A program made the position numbers and the translations under genes. 64,000 nucleotides of DNA, from the NCBI GenBank assembly GCA_029007435.1, contig JAQXHU010000122.1:4063-68062 (forward strand), in the 5' to 3' direction. This stretch comes from Bacteroidales bacterium. Its GTDB lineage: Bacteria > Bacteroidota > Bacteroidia > Bacteroidales > UBA932. Each line of letters opens with the position of its first letter. Within the stretch, counting starts at the first letter, position 1. Shown piece by piece: positions 38,234-47,274 of this stretch. A model generated the notes under the pieces. That model had not been told where the DNA came from. It ran no database searches and was given only the letters and a program-made list of their open reading frames with translations.

Positions 38234-40657
38234 ATGAAAACAGATATCAGAATAAAAGAAATCATTTCAGCATTTCTTGCCGGCGCTGCTGCGGTGTCGG
38301 CCTGTGATGTAGATGACGCCGCCGATATCCCTCTCGTGGAACTCGGAGCCAACGGCAAGGAGTATGTAGTGGAGGCCGAGGCTTCCACTGTGGAAATACC
38401 GGTATTCTCAAATGGCGCATACCACATTGAGCGGACTGAAGATTCCGACTGGTTGGAACTTGACAGCTGGGTGGGCAACGGTGACGGCACAATCACCGCC
38501 TCCTGCTCATTCAACGAGGAATTCAAGAGAATGACCGGAATCGTCCTCTGCAGCGATGTTGACTCAAGAAGGGACACTGTGTATATCAAGCAGAAAGGAC
38601 TAATGACCGCTGTCCTCTCGAAAGAGAACACTTCCATCATTGCGGACGGAGCCGGTGGAAAACTTGAGGAATCGGTGACCACCAATGTGCCGTTTTCCTA
38701 TTTCACCGTTGAGAAGGTTTTCCCAGAAGGTGCGGACTCCACCTGGATCGAGAGCATTGACATTCCGGATTCTGAAAGCGAAGAGCGCGTACTGTCAATT
38801 GTGACAGCCGCCAACCCTGACGAGATAAACCCGCGAACCGCAACCATATATTTCTCATACACTGACGGCTGGGGAGACAAAGTGGCCCTGTCGCTGAACA
38901 TCGTGCAGAGAAACGCCAAAGAGGGCATCGGACGCGAGGTTTCGATAAAAGACGTGATGGACAATTACGCCACAGGCAAAGAAATCTCCGATTATATCAT
39001 CATCGAGGGCTATGTGGTCAGCAACACCGCCAGCGGAAACGCCGGAGAGAACGAACAGATAACCACCTCCGCCATCGACTACAACGGGTCGAAGACAACC
39101 GTATATCTTGAGGCTCTTGACGGAAGCTGCGGCGTGGCACTGATCACCGCCACACCTGCAGACAACTCTTTCAACCAGTTCGACAAAGTCCAGGTTCTGC
39201 TGCACGGCGCAACTGCGGTGTTCAGCACTGATCCGGACAGAGTGACAATCAAGAATGTCACCAAGAATATGATTGTGTCCCAGATTGCCGGAACCAAGGG
39301 CTCGATACCGGTCAAGGAGAAGTATATGAACGAGCTGACGGACAGCGATGTATATACTTATGTGACATTGAAGGATGTGGAATTCCCTGTCAGGAAGGGA
39401 GCCATCACTCCGGTGAATGAAGGATACGCCATCGGCACAAACGCCAGCCGTCTGTCAAAATATCCTCTGCTTGTCAGGGACATAAACGGAGACCACCTCT
39501 ATATGTATACGAACACTGTCTGCCTTTACAGAAATGACGGAACCCGCCTTCCTTACGGTTCCGGAAAGATAAGCGGAGTGGTTGTGCACGAACGGTTCTC
39601 CAGATTCGAATGGAGAGACGGAGCTGATCCAGTCGAGATTGAAGAAGATGTCGAGCTCGGCAACATCGGGCGCTACCAGATACGGCACCAGTGCAAGGAG
39701 GATATATGGGGACAGATGAATGACAGCGTCGAGGACAGTTTCTCCGCCCTTCTGACAGAATACCGTTTCTGGAATCCTGACAAGGCTGAAGAGGTATGCC
39801 GGCCTACATATGGCGAGAACGGATGGTTCACCCATACATACCAGGAGAAGTACACCGGTTCTGAAGCAAAGGAGTACACGATGGCCACATACAATCAGCA
39901 TATGTGGGGCGCCGGCACCTACGAGTACCTCGGGCCTATGGGCAACAATGTGAACTATATGTTCGGAATGAACCTCGGCAACAAGAACGGCATCGGAATA
40001 GTTCTCGACCCTGCAAAAGAGCATTATAATGCTGATATGAGCAGCCTCGTAAGCTTCAATCCAGACGGAAGCATTGAATGGTGCGGACCTAATGCGACAA
40101 ACGCTTATGCGACAAGCCAGGCGAGCGGCATCAATTATGGCTCCTCCGGATCATACGGCAAAAGCAATGTCTCCGGAAACTGCTTCACGGCTTTCGCATC
40201 TCACTACTGGTGGGACTACGACAACAACAGGCCATACGGATGGCTTCTCAATTTCTCGACTGCCGGAATATCCACAAGCCATATATCGCTCCAGATTTCA
40301 GTACTCAACACAGAGCAGAAATGGTATGCTCCAAGATTCTGGAAAGCGGAATGGTCCACCACGGATTCCCAGGCCGCCAAGGATGACAGCAAATGGAATC
40401 TCATCGGGGAATACACTGTTCCTGACGTATCAGTATGGGCAAACACACTGTACTCATCAATTGTCGCATACAAGGGAATCAACTTCGAGCTTCCGCAGGA
40501 GATTCTCGGAAAAGAAAATGTATATATCAGGCTTGTTCCTGTCAATGACATATGCAGCAACGGTGCGGACTACGCCAACGCCAGGCTTATGGGCGGAGCG
40601 TCAGAGACTAACCACGCCAGCGCAATTGAATATATAGCAATCCGTTACAACAAATAA
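38234..40657 (+). CDS. Lipoprotein with BACON repeats and a DUF5689-like domain (paralogue of the preceding gene)
   Basis: Lipobox VSAC, BACON-like units, IIEGYVVSN...VYLEALDG..G...MNELTDSDVYTYVTLKDVEF...GSGKISGVV...YQIR...EDI. Confidence 0.72.
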   Translation: MKTDIRIKEIISAFLAGAAAVSACDVDDAADIPLVELGANGKEYVVEAEASTVEIPVFSNGAYHIERTEDSDWLELDSWVGNGDGTITASCSFNEEFKRMTGIVLCSDVDSRRDTVYIKQKGLMTAVLSKENTSIIADGAGGKLEESVTTNVPFSYFTVEKVFPEGADSTWIESIDIPDSESEERVLSIVTAANPDEINPRTATIYFSYTDGWGDKVALSLNIVQRNAKEGIGREVSIKDVMDNYATGKEISDYIIIEGYVVSNTASGNAGENEQITTSAIDYNGSKTTVYLEALDGSCGVALITATPADNSFNQFDKVQVLLHGATAVFSTDPDRVTIKNVTKNMIVSQIAGTKGSIPVKEKYMNELTDSDVYTYVTLKDVEFPVRKGAITPVNEGYAIGTNASRLSKYPLLVRDINGDHLYMYTNTVCLYRNDGTRLPYGSGKISGVVVHERFSRFEWRDGADPVEIEEDVELGNIGRYQIRHQCKEDIWGQMNDSVEDSFSALLTEYRFWNPDKAEEVCRPTYGENGWFTHTYQEKYTGSEAKEYTMATYNQHMWGAGTYEYLGPMGNNVNYMFGMNLGNKNGIGIVLDPAKEHYNADMSSLVSFNPDGSIEWCGPNATNAYATSQASGINYGSSGSYGKSNVSGNCFTAFASHYWWDYDNNRPYGWLLNFSTAGISTSHISLQISVLNTEQKWYAPRFWKAEWSTTDSQAAKDDSKWNLIGEYTVPDVSVWANTLYSSIVAYKGINFELPQEILGKENVYIRLVPVNDICSNGADYANARLMGGASETNHASAIEYIAIRYNK

Positions 40658-40678
40658 AGGTAGTTTCATCCAATTCCA

Positions 40679-40717
40679 GAAAGAGGAGGACGGCTTTGAA
40701 GGCCATCCTCCTCTTTC
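40679..40717. terminator. Bidirectional terminator hairpin between locus 1 and the convergent NCS2 operon
   Basis: GAAAGAGGAGGACGGC-TTTGAAG-GCCATCCTCCTCTTTC; 16-bp stem, fully paired with one G-U on the minus strand. Confidence 0.8.
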
Positions 40718-40736
40718 ATTTATGTAAAATCCCGGA

Positions 40737-42044
40737 TTACACCAGAATATATCTCAGGACAAACAGCACGGCGAGGACCCACATCATCACGGAAACCTTC
40801 TTGAACTTGCCGGTCAGGGCGTTGAGCAGGACATAGGAAATCATACCTAACATAATGCCGTCCGAAATGCTGTAGGCGAGAGGCATAAGAAGCATTGTGA
40901 CGAAAGCAGGGATTGACTCCGAGAAATCATTCCAGTCAATATGCACGACTGGCGACATCATCATCACGCCGACAATGAAGAGCACAGGACCTGTGGCAGC
41001 GCCCGGTATCGCAAGGAAAAGCGGCGAGAAGAACAGGGCCACGGCGAAGCAGGCGGCGATGACAAACGAAGTCAGGCCGGTACGGCCTCCTTCAGACACG
41101 CCGGAAGCGCTCTCGATATATGTAGTGGTTGTGCTGGTACCGAACATTGCCCCGGCGACTGTAGCCACTGAATCAGCCATAAGGACACGGTTGATGCCGT
41201 CCACATTGCCCTTCTCATCCACCATTCCGGACTTCACTGACACGCCCACGACAGTGCCGATTGTGTCGAACATATCGATGAAAAGGAATGTGAACACCAC
41301 GACGAGCATATCCCAGGATATTATCTTCGTCCACTCGAACTGGCAGAAAATCGGGGCGATTGAAGGCGGTGCGGACACAATGCCGCCATAATGGGTCACG
41401 CCCATCGGTATTCCGATCAATGTGGTGGCGATGATGCCAAGGAGCATTCCTCCGCGGACTTTAAGAATCACAAGAAGCGAGGTGATGACAAGGCCCACAA
41501 GAGCAAGAATCACAGCCTTGTCGCCTAAATTGCCGAGAGTGACGGATGTGGCCTCGCTGCTGACAATGATTCCGGCGGATTTCAGGCCGATGAAGGCAAT
41601 GTACAGGCCGATACCGGCGCCGATGGCGCGTTTGAGATTCATCGGAATGGCGTCAACAATCATCTTGCGGACATTGGTGGCTGTCAGCAGGATGAAGATG
41701 ATACCTTCCAGGAAAATGGCTGTGAGGGCCATCTGCCAGGTGAATCCCATCCCGAGACACACTGTATATACGAAGAACGCATTGAGTCCCATACCCGGAG
41801 CGAGGCCGAACGGCTTGCGGGCATACAGGGACATCACGAGAGTTCCGACAATTGCGGCGAGAGCAGTCGCCGTGAAGACTGAAGCTGTAGGCATTCCCTG
41901 GGACGCAAGAGCGCTGAAAATGCCGGGATTAACAGCCAGGATATAGGCCATCGTCAGGAAAGTGGTCAGACCTGCGAGCACCTCCGTGCGGACACTGTGC
42001 TTCTGGGGATTGAACCCGAAAGCTTTGTCAAGATATTTGTTCAT
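40737..42044 (-). CDS. NCS2/AzgA-type purine nucleobase permease
   Basis: RTEVLAGLTTFLTMAYILAVNP, APGMGLNAFF, DMFDTIGT, YIESASGVSEGGRTGLT. Confidence 0.94.
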   Translation of the reverse strand: MNKYLDKAFGFNPQKHSVRTEVLAGLTTFLTMAYILAVNPGIFSALASQGMPTASVFTATALAAIVGTLVMSLYARKPFGLAPGMGLNAFFVYTVCLGMGFTWQMALTAIFLEGIIFILLTATNVRKMIVDAIPMNLKRAIGAGIGLYIAFIGLKSAGIIVSSEATSVTLGNLGDKAVILALVGLVITSLLVILKVRGGMLLGIIATTLIGIPMGVTHYGGIVSAPPSIAPIFCQFEWTKIISWDMLVVVFTFLFIDMFDTIGTVVGVSVKSGMVDEKGNVDGINRVLMADSVATVAGAMFGTSTTTTYIESASGVSEGGRTGLTSFVIAACFAVALFFSPLFLAIPGAATGPVLFIVGVMMMSPVVHIDWNDFSESIPAFVTMLLMPLAYSISDGIMLGMISYVLLNALTGKFKKVSVMMWVLAVLFVLRYILV

Positions 42045-42060
42045 ATGTCACTCCAATTAA

Positions 42061-42843
42061 TCAGAACACCCATTTGAGGCCGAGGCAAGGACGGCACCAG
42101 AAGCCTTTGCCTGTACCGAAATCGTAAGAGAGCTCGATCTCGGTTCCGACATTGAGATTGTCAACACCGAAATGCTGGCCGACATTGTACCAGAGCTGCG
42201 GCTCGGTCAGGAACACGATGTGCGAGGTCTTGGCCTCATCCCATTTGCGGTTGCCGTCTCCGTCTGATGGAGCGACTGCGTGGTCTTCCCACCAGAAATC
42301 GGCAAAGCCGCTGAATCTCAAACCTTTGACCTTGAAGATATCCTGCATTCCCCACACAGCGGTGAACTGGAGAGGAACATCGCTCTTCGGACGGTCGCCG
42401 ACAGAAGGCTTGTCATAATGGATATATTTGTACAGGACTTTGAGGTTCAATGTATTCCTGAAATCTTTGCTGTGAATGAACCAGTCGGTTCCGATAAGGA
42501 AAGCGTTGTTGATGCCATATCCTTTGTACACACCGCCGTTGTACTCGACGTGGAGACTGAGAGGAGCGACCTTGCTGTTCTGCCAGAAGTTCAGGCAGCG
42601 GGCAATCTCGAAATAGGTACCTCTCGGAGAGACTCTCTCATTGTTCACCTTCTCGCCGTAATCATAGTCAACGAAGAAGAAGGTGTTGCCCCATTTGTCT
42701 CCGTAGAATCCTTCGAGAGTGGTAGTTACGTGTTTGCGGTCTTTTCCGAAATCATAAAAGACCTGAATGTTTGTCTGGGCCATCGCTCCTTGAACAATGG
42801 CAACGGCAGCCACGAGAGCGGCCAGAATTGTTTTTTTTGACAT
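42061..42843 (-). CDS. DUF5020 family outer-membrane protein (Tsx-like nucleoside channel)
   Basis: Signal peptide, QVFYDFG...TTTLE...DKWGNTFFFVDYDY...YFEIAR...HVEYNGG...SGFADFW...TEPQLWYN, C-terminal Phe. Start set at ATG 42843. Confidence 0.8.
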   Translation of the reverse strand: MSKKTILAALVAAVAIVQGAMAQTNIQVFYDFGKDRKHVTTTLEGFYGDKWGNTFFFVDYDYGEKVNNERVSPRGTYFEIARCLNFWQNSKVAPLSLHVEYNGGVYKGYGINNAFLIGTDWFIHSKDFRNTLNLKVLYKYIHYDKPSVGDRPKSDVPLQFTAVWGMQDIFKVKGLRFSGFADFWWEDHAVAPSDGDGNRKWDEAKTSHIVFLTEPQLWYNVGQHFGVDNLNVGTEIELSYDFGTGKGFWCRPCLGLKWVF

Positions 42844-42883
42844 AACAAGATAGGTTGATTGGATTGTCAGCAGCGGGCCTCGA

Positions 42884-43408
42884 TTACAGAGACAGCAGGC
42901 TTGTGACCTCAACGTTTTCAGGCAGAACCTTTCTTCCGTCAAGTTCGTTCAATTCAATGATGAAATTGGCATAGACAGATTTCGGGCCGAGACGGCCAAT
43001 CAGTCTCAGCGCGGCCGCGGCCGACCCTCCGGTGGCCAGCAGGTCATCGTGAAGGAGGACGACATCTTCGCTTGACAGCGCATCCTGATGTATCGTCAGA
43101 GTGTCGGGACCATACTCCTTCATATAGGTCTCCGAATAGGTTTCAGCAGGCAGTTTTCCGGGTTTTCGTATAACAACGAAACCGGCGCCGAGCCTGTAGG
43201 CAAGCGCGGCGCCAATTATGAAGCCCCTTGACTCAAGCCCTGCCACCTTGGTGATGCCCTTGTCCCTGTACATTTCATACAGCGCATCTACAGTCTGGCT
43301 GAACGCTTCAGGATTCTTGAGAAGAGTCGTTATGTCCCAGAACAGTATCCCTTTTTTCGGAAAATCGGGAACTGTCCTGAGAGTTGATTTTAAAAAAGAA
43401 ATATCCAT
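42884..43408 (-). CDS. apt: Adenine phosphoribosyltransferase
   Basis: VPDFPKKGILFWDIT, GLESRGF, RKPGKLP, LHDDLLATGGS. Confidence 0.96.
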   Translation of the reverse strand: MDISFLKSTLRTVPDFPKKGILFWDITTLLKNPEAFSQTVDALYEMYRDKGITKVAGLESRGFIIGAALAYRLGAGFVVIRKPGKLPAETYSETYMKEYGPDTLTIHQDALSSEDVVLLHDDLLATGGSAAAALRLIGRLGPKSVYANFIIELNELDGRKVLPENVEVTSLLSL

Positions 43409-43416
43409 AAGCAGGC

Positions 43417-44775
43417 TTAGAATGCGAACTTGACCATCATCTGGACACGGTGGTTCTCAACATTGTGGCGTCCCCCGGTGGAAAGTCCGTGCTCATTGAA
43501 GACTCCGTTTCCGAAACGTGCCGCCGTATAGTTGTATTCCAGCCCGAGAGTGAACTTGCCGATGTTGTAAGCCACAGAAGGAATCACCCTCCACATTCCG
43601 GCAAAGGTCTTGTCGGTGTTGCCGCTGAAATAGAAATCAGCCTTGTTCACAACTCCGTCAGTGTTCACAAGTTTGTCCACTGTGCCGAGGTTCTTGATAT
43701 AGCCGCCCATAAGCATCACCTGCCATTTCTTGCCGTAGCTCATTGAGGCCCAGGTGGATGTAGTCTTGAACGGAGTATATTCATAATGCCCGTCATCACA
43801 TTTCTCCGAGATGCCGTAGCCGCTCATCAGGTTCATATGCTCGCCTCCGTGGCTGAAGATTGTCTTGGCCTTCACCTCGAACAGCCTGTTCTTGTACTGG
43901 AGATAGAGATACGGAGACATCGTGGTGAGCCTGTCGGAAACTTTAACATCTACGCCCTTCGAATCCACACCGAGACGTCTCGGCTTGATGCTCAGGAGGT
44001 TGGTTCCCACACGGGCGAGGAATCCGTTATTGCTCTTCAGGGTGAGTCCGAGATAGAACTCCGGAACGCAGGAATACTTGATGTATTCAGCAGAAGCGCC
44101 GGCAGGGCCCTGTGACATATACTGCATCTGCCAGATGGCTGCGGCGGAGAGCATCACGTTCTTGCCGAAATTGGCATCGGCGAGCACCTGTGGAGTACGG
44201 CTGAAAGCATTGAACGGAGCGCCGGTCTCAAGGCTGAACACGTGAGGCTGGTCGGCGGCCATAGGATGCCAGGCCTGTCCTATCTTCATCGCCACGGCAA
44301 CCGGAGTGCCGTTCTTCATCTTCATATCATCCCATCCGATGGTCACATAAGCCTGGCGGAGACGCAGCTGCGCCGTTCCGTTTATCTTGTTGCTCGATGT
44401 GGAGGAATTGGTAAGTCCTGAATAGAAGTCAGTCTCGATTTTGGCCCCGAACTTGGTGCGGCCGATCTGGTAACCGGTCACATCCAGTCCAACGCGGCTG
44501 GTGAGCGATAGGAAACGGAAAGAAGCCTGCGCATTGAGGTCATCGCCGTTGGCATTGTACTTATTGTCAAGCGGAGTATAGTAGAACAGGTCGCCTGTTC
44601 CGGCTTTGCTTTCCCTTGTATCGAATGCGAAATAATTCCTTATGAATCCGTAAAGTTTGAAATGGGCCGGCTTCTCGACTTTCGCCTCATCCGATGCGGC
44701 CGGCGCGGCAGAGACTGGCAATGCTGCAGATGCACTGACAGCAAGAGCCGACAGAAGTGTTGCAATCTTTTTCAT
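43417..44775 (-). CDS. Outer-membrane beta-barrel, DcaP-like porin
   Basis: Signal peptide, FKLYGFIR, SRVGLDV, KIETDF, LRLRQAY, IGQAWHP, RTPQV, C-terminal Phe. Confidence 0.7.
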   Translation of the reverse strand: MKKIATLLSALAVSASAALPVSAAPAASDEAKVEKPAHFKLYGFIRNYFAFDTRESKAGTGDLFYYTPLDNKYNANGDDLNAQASFRFLSLTSRVGLDVTGYQIGRTKFGAKIETDFYSGLTNSSTSSNKINGTAQLRLRQAYVTIGWDDMKMKNGTPVAVAMKIGQAWHPMAADQPHVFSLETGAPFNAFSRTPQVLADANFGKNVMLSAAAIWQMQYMSQGPAGASAEYIKYSCVPEFYLGLTLKSNNGFLARVGTNLLSIKPRRLGVDSKGVDVKVSDRLTTMSPYLYLQYKNRLFEVKAKTIFSHGGEHMNLMSGYGISEKCDDGHYEYTPFKTTSTWASMSYGKKWQVMLMGGYIKNLGTVDKLVNTDGVVNKADFYFSGNTDKTFAGMWRVIPSVAYNIGKFTLGLEYNYTAARFGNGVFNEHGLSTGGRHNVENHRVQMMVKFAF

Positions 44776-44799
44776 CAGAACAATATTTACATCAAATAA

Positions 44800-46263
44800 T
44801 TAAACACCAATAAAAATCAGGATGCAGTAGCTGAGCACAAATCCGATGACGCCGATGACAAGCCCGACCTTGGTCATATCCTTTACCTGGATGAGGCCTG
44901 TGGAGTGGGCGATGGCGTTAGGCGGCGTACTGATAGGGAACAGCATTGCAAACGATGTAGAAAGGGCAACTCCGATAATCAGGGCGCGGGCGCCTCCGAC
45001 AGGGTCGAGAAGTTCTCCCATTCCCACTCCCACAGCGCAGAGAATCGGCACGAGCAGATTCGCTGCAGCAGAGTTCGCAATGAAGTTCGAAAGCAGATAT
45101 GCGATGAATCCGGAAACAAGCAGCACCACAAGCGGAGAGAACGTCGCGAACGGTATGGACTCCACAAGATTCTCTGCAAGACCTGTCTTGTTCAATGCGA
45201 TACCGAGGGCGAAACCTCCGGCGACCATCCAGAGCACGCTCCATTCGATGTCCCTGAGATCCTCCTTGGAAATGACTCCGGTCGCGCAGAAAACGCCCAC
45301 TGGAATCATAGCCACCACATTGGCATTGATGCCGGTCACCTTGTCAAGCATCCACAGAAGGATGGTCACGGCGAATGTTCCCCATACGATATAGGTCTTG
45401 GTATCCGACTTCCTGGTGTTCTCTATCTTGAGCTCGATCTTGTCCGTTGTGAACGGGAAGAATTTCATAAGCAGTACCCAGGCGATGAGCAGAATCACAA
45501 TCACGAACGGCACCATCACCATCATCCACTCGCCGAATCCGACACCCTGATGCATCGTGTCATTGAGATAGCCGAGGGCGATGGCGTTAGGAGGAGTGCC
45601 GATAGGAGTGCCGATACCTCCAACGTTGGCGGCAATAGGAATGGCAAGCGCAAGACCAGCCGTTCCCCTCTCCTCTTTCGGAAGCGTTCTCAGCACCGGG
45701 GCGAGGAACGTAAGCATCATCGCTGCGGTCGCCGTATTGCTCATAAACATTGAGAAAAGCGCTATCACACAGAGGAATCCGAGAAGCACATATTTCGGTT
45801 TTGTCCCGAAAGGCTTGAGAAGGACTTTGGCCAGCTGGACATCCAGGCCGACTTTGGTGGCAGCCATCGCAAGGATGAAACCTCCGAGGAACAGCATAAT
45901 GGTCGGATCAGCGAATGCGGCAAGCAGGGTCTTGTAGCTTACAAGGGTTCCCAGGTCCGCGGCCTCACCGGCGCTGCGCATAAACAGCGGACTGCTGTCA
46001 GAAATCGAGAAGAGCAGGAGCACGATGATGGTGACTGATGTCGCCCACGTAGGGAGAATCTCGAACATCCACATCAATGCGGCCAGAACGAATATGGCGA
46101 CTGTCCGCTGCTCTACTATTGACAATAATGGGGTTCCGTTTTCAGCAAGGCCGAAGAATGAACGGGGCACGAACCAGAAAAAGAGAAAAGCAGCTATTGC
46201 AAGAGCGAGCATCACCACTTTTTTTGTCGGCATCCCGGAAGGTTTGACAGTTTCAGTTGACAT
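44800..46263 (-). CDS. SLC13/DASS family anion transporter
   Basis: SMFMSNTATAAM, GTPIGTPPNAIA, second NSA motif and PISTPPNAIA. Start set at ATG 46263. Confidence 0.92.
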   Translation of the reverse strand: MSTETVKPSGMPTKKVVMLALAIAAFLFFWFVPRSFFGLAENGTPLLSIVEQRTVAIFVLAALMWMFEILPTWATSVTIIVLLLFSISDSSPLFMRSAGEAADLGTLVSYKTLLAAFADPTIMLFLGGFILAMAATKVGLDVQLAKVLLKPFGTKPKYVLLGFLCVIALFSMFMSNTATAAMMLTFLAPVLRTLPKEERGTAGLALAIPIAANVGGIGTPIGTPPNAIALGYLNDTMHQGVGFGEWMMVMVPFVIVILLIAWVLLMKFFPFTTDKIELKIENTRKSDTKTYIVWGTFAVTILLWMLDKVTGINANVVAMIPVGVFCATGVISKEDLRDIEWSVLWMVAGGFALGIALNKTGLAENLVESIPFATFSPLVVLLVSGFIAYLLSNFIANSAAANLLVPILCAVGVGMGELLDPVGGARALIIGVALSTSFAMLFPISTPPNAIAHSTGLIQVKDMTKVGLVIGVIGFVLSYCILIFIGV

Positions 46264-46310
46264 TTCGATATTAAAATTACAATTATTATCAATTTTGTAA
46301 CAATGAGTCA

Positions 46311-46318
46311 CAAATTTA
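46311..46318 (-). promoter_or_regulatory. -7 promoter element TAAATTTG for the DASS-porin-apt-DUF5020-NCS2 operon
   Basis: Exact TAnnTTTG match about 48 nt upstream of ATG 46263. Confidence 0.55.
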
Positions 46319-46502
46319 TGAAATTAATGCTACAATCCAAGCCGAACAGATAAAAAAGTGAAATCAATCCACCGCCGACAGGTTTGAGAAATTTTATTAT
46401 ATTTGTTACAAGGCCGATGTTTTACATTGTAAAAGACAGATGCGGTTTCTGATGAGTTGATACTTATTTGGGCTACATTTGCCTACATTTTTGATTGACA
46501 AT

Positions 46503-47267
46503 ATGATACTTGTATTAGTAAAAGCACTCAATATCCTGGATTTTCTCGGCAAGACCCCGAACAGGGAAATACCATTGGGGGAGATAGCGGCGGCGCTCAA
46601 TATGGACCGGGGGACCTGCTCGAACATTATGAAGACGCTTGCGGCCAAAGGATTTGTCCAGCAGTCCGATCCAAGGATGGGATATAAATTGGGATATATG
46701 ATTTACAGCCTTGCGAATTCATCTGTCAACAATGACGAGCTCACGAAAATCGCAAGGGAAGATGTGACAAAGCTCGGGGACAAACTGAACGAGAGCGCAA
46801 TACTGTCAGTAATACGGAATGACAAGAGAGTCGTGCTTTTCCAATCCAGGCCTGACAGGGAACAGATACTCACGGCGAACATTGACAAAAGCGTTTACTC
46901 CGCAAATACCGCACGGGTAATCCTCGCAAACTATACCCCCCCCCACCAGGAAAAATTCATAATCCGCAACGGAATGCCGACTGAAACCCAGTGGCCGGAG
47001 CTCTACCGGAGCAGCAATCCGTCCGGAGAACTTATGAACGAGCTGTCCTCAATAAAAAGAAAAGGATACGCAATTCAGGAAGACCGGCATTCCTCGACCA
47101 CAGGATTCGCCGCTCCCCTGTTCAGAAGAGGGCACGTGGAAGGCAGCGTAGGTGTCTTCATCCCGGACTCACGTGAAATAGACAGAAAAGCAATCCTGTG
47201 TGAAGTCCTGGACTGCGCCAGGGAAATCAACCACAAGATTGCTTTAATAGACAAAATCGAAGAATAA
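46503..47267 (+). CDS. IclR family transcriptional regulator
   Basis: LVKALNILDFL...LGEIA...RGTCSNIMKTL...GFV HTH; C-terminal effector domain IKRKGYA...GFAAPLF. TAnnTTTG elements at 46398 and 46474. Confidence 0.9.
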   Translation: MILVLVKALNILDFLGKTPNREIPLGEIAAALNMDRGTCSNIMKTLAAKGFVQQSDPRMGYKLGYMIYSLANSSVNNDELTKIAREDVTKLGDKLNESAILSVIRNDKRVVLFQSRPDREQILTANIDKSVYSANTARVILANYTPPHQEKFIIRNGMPTETQWPELYRSSNPSGELMNELSSIKRKGYAIQEDRHSSTTGFAAPLFRRGHVEGSVGVFIPDSREIDRKAILCEVLDCAREINHKIALIDKIEE

Positions 47268-47274
47268 TCTCCGG

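Noticed and set aside
46936-46944. Second C9 tract, in the same TA-C9-A context, inside the IclR gene
   Set aside because: It is in frame (T-P-P-H) and mid-gene. A C9 or G9 run is expected very roughly 0.5 times per 64 kb at 50% GC, so it is not evidence of phase variation by itself.
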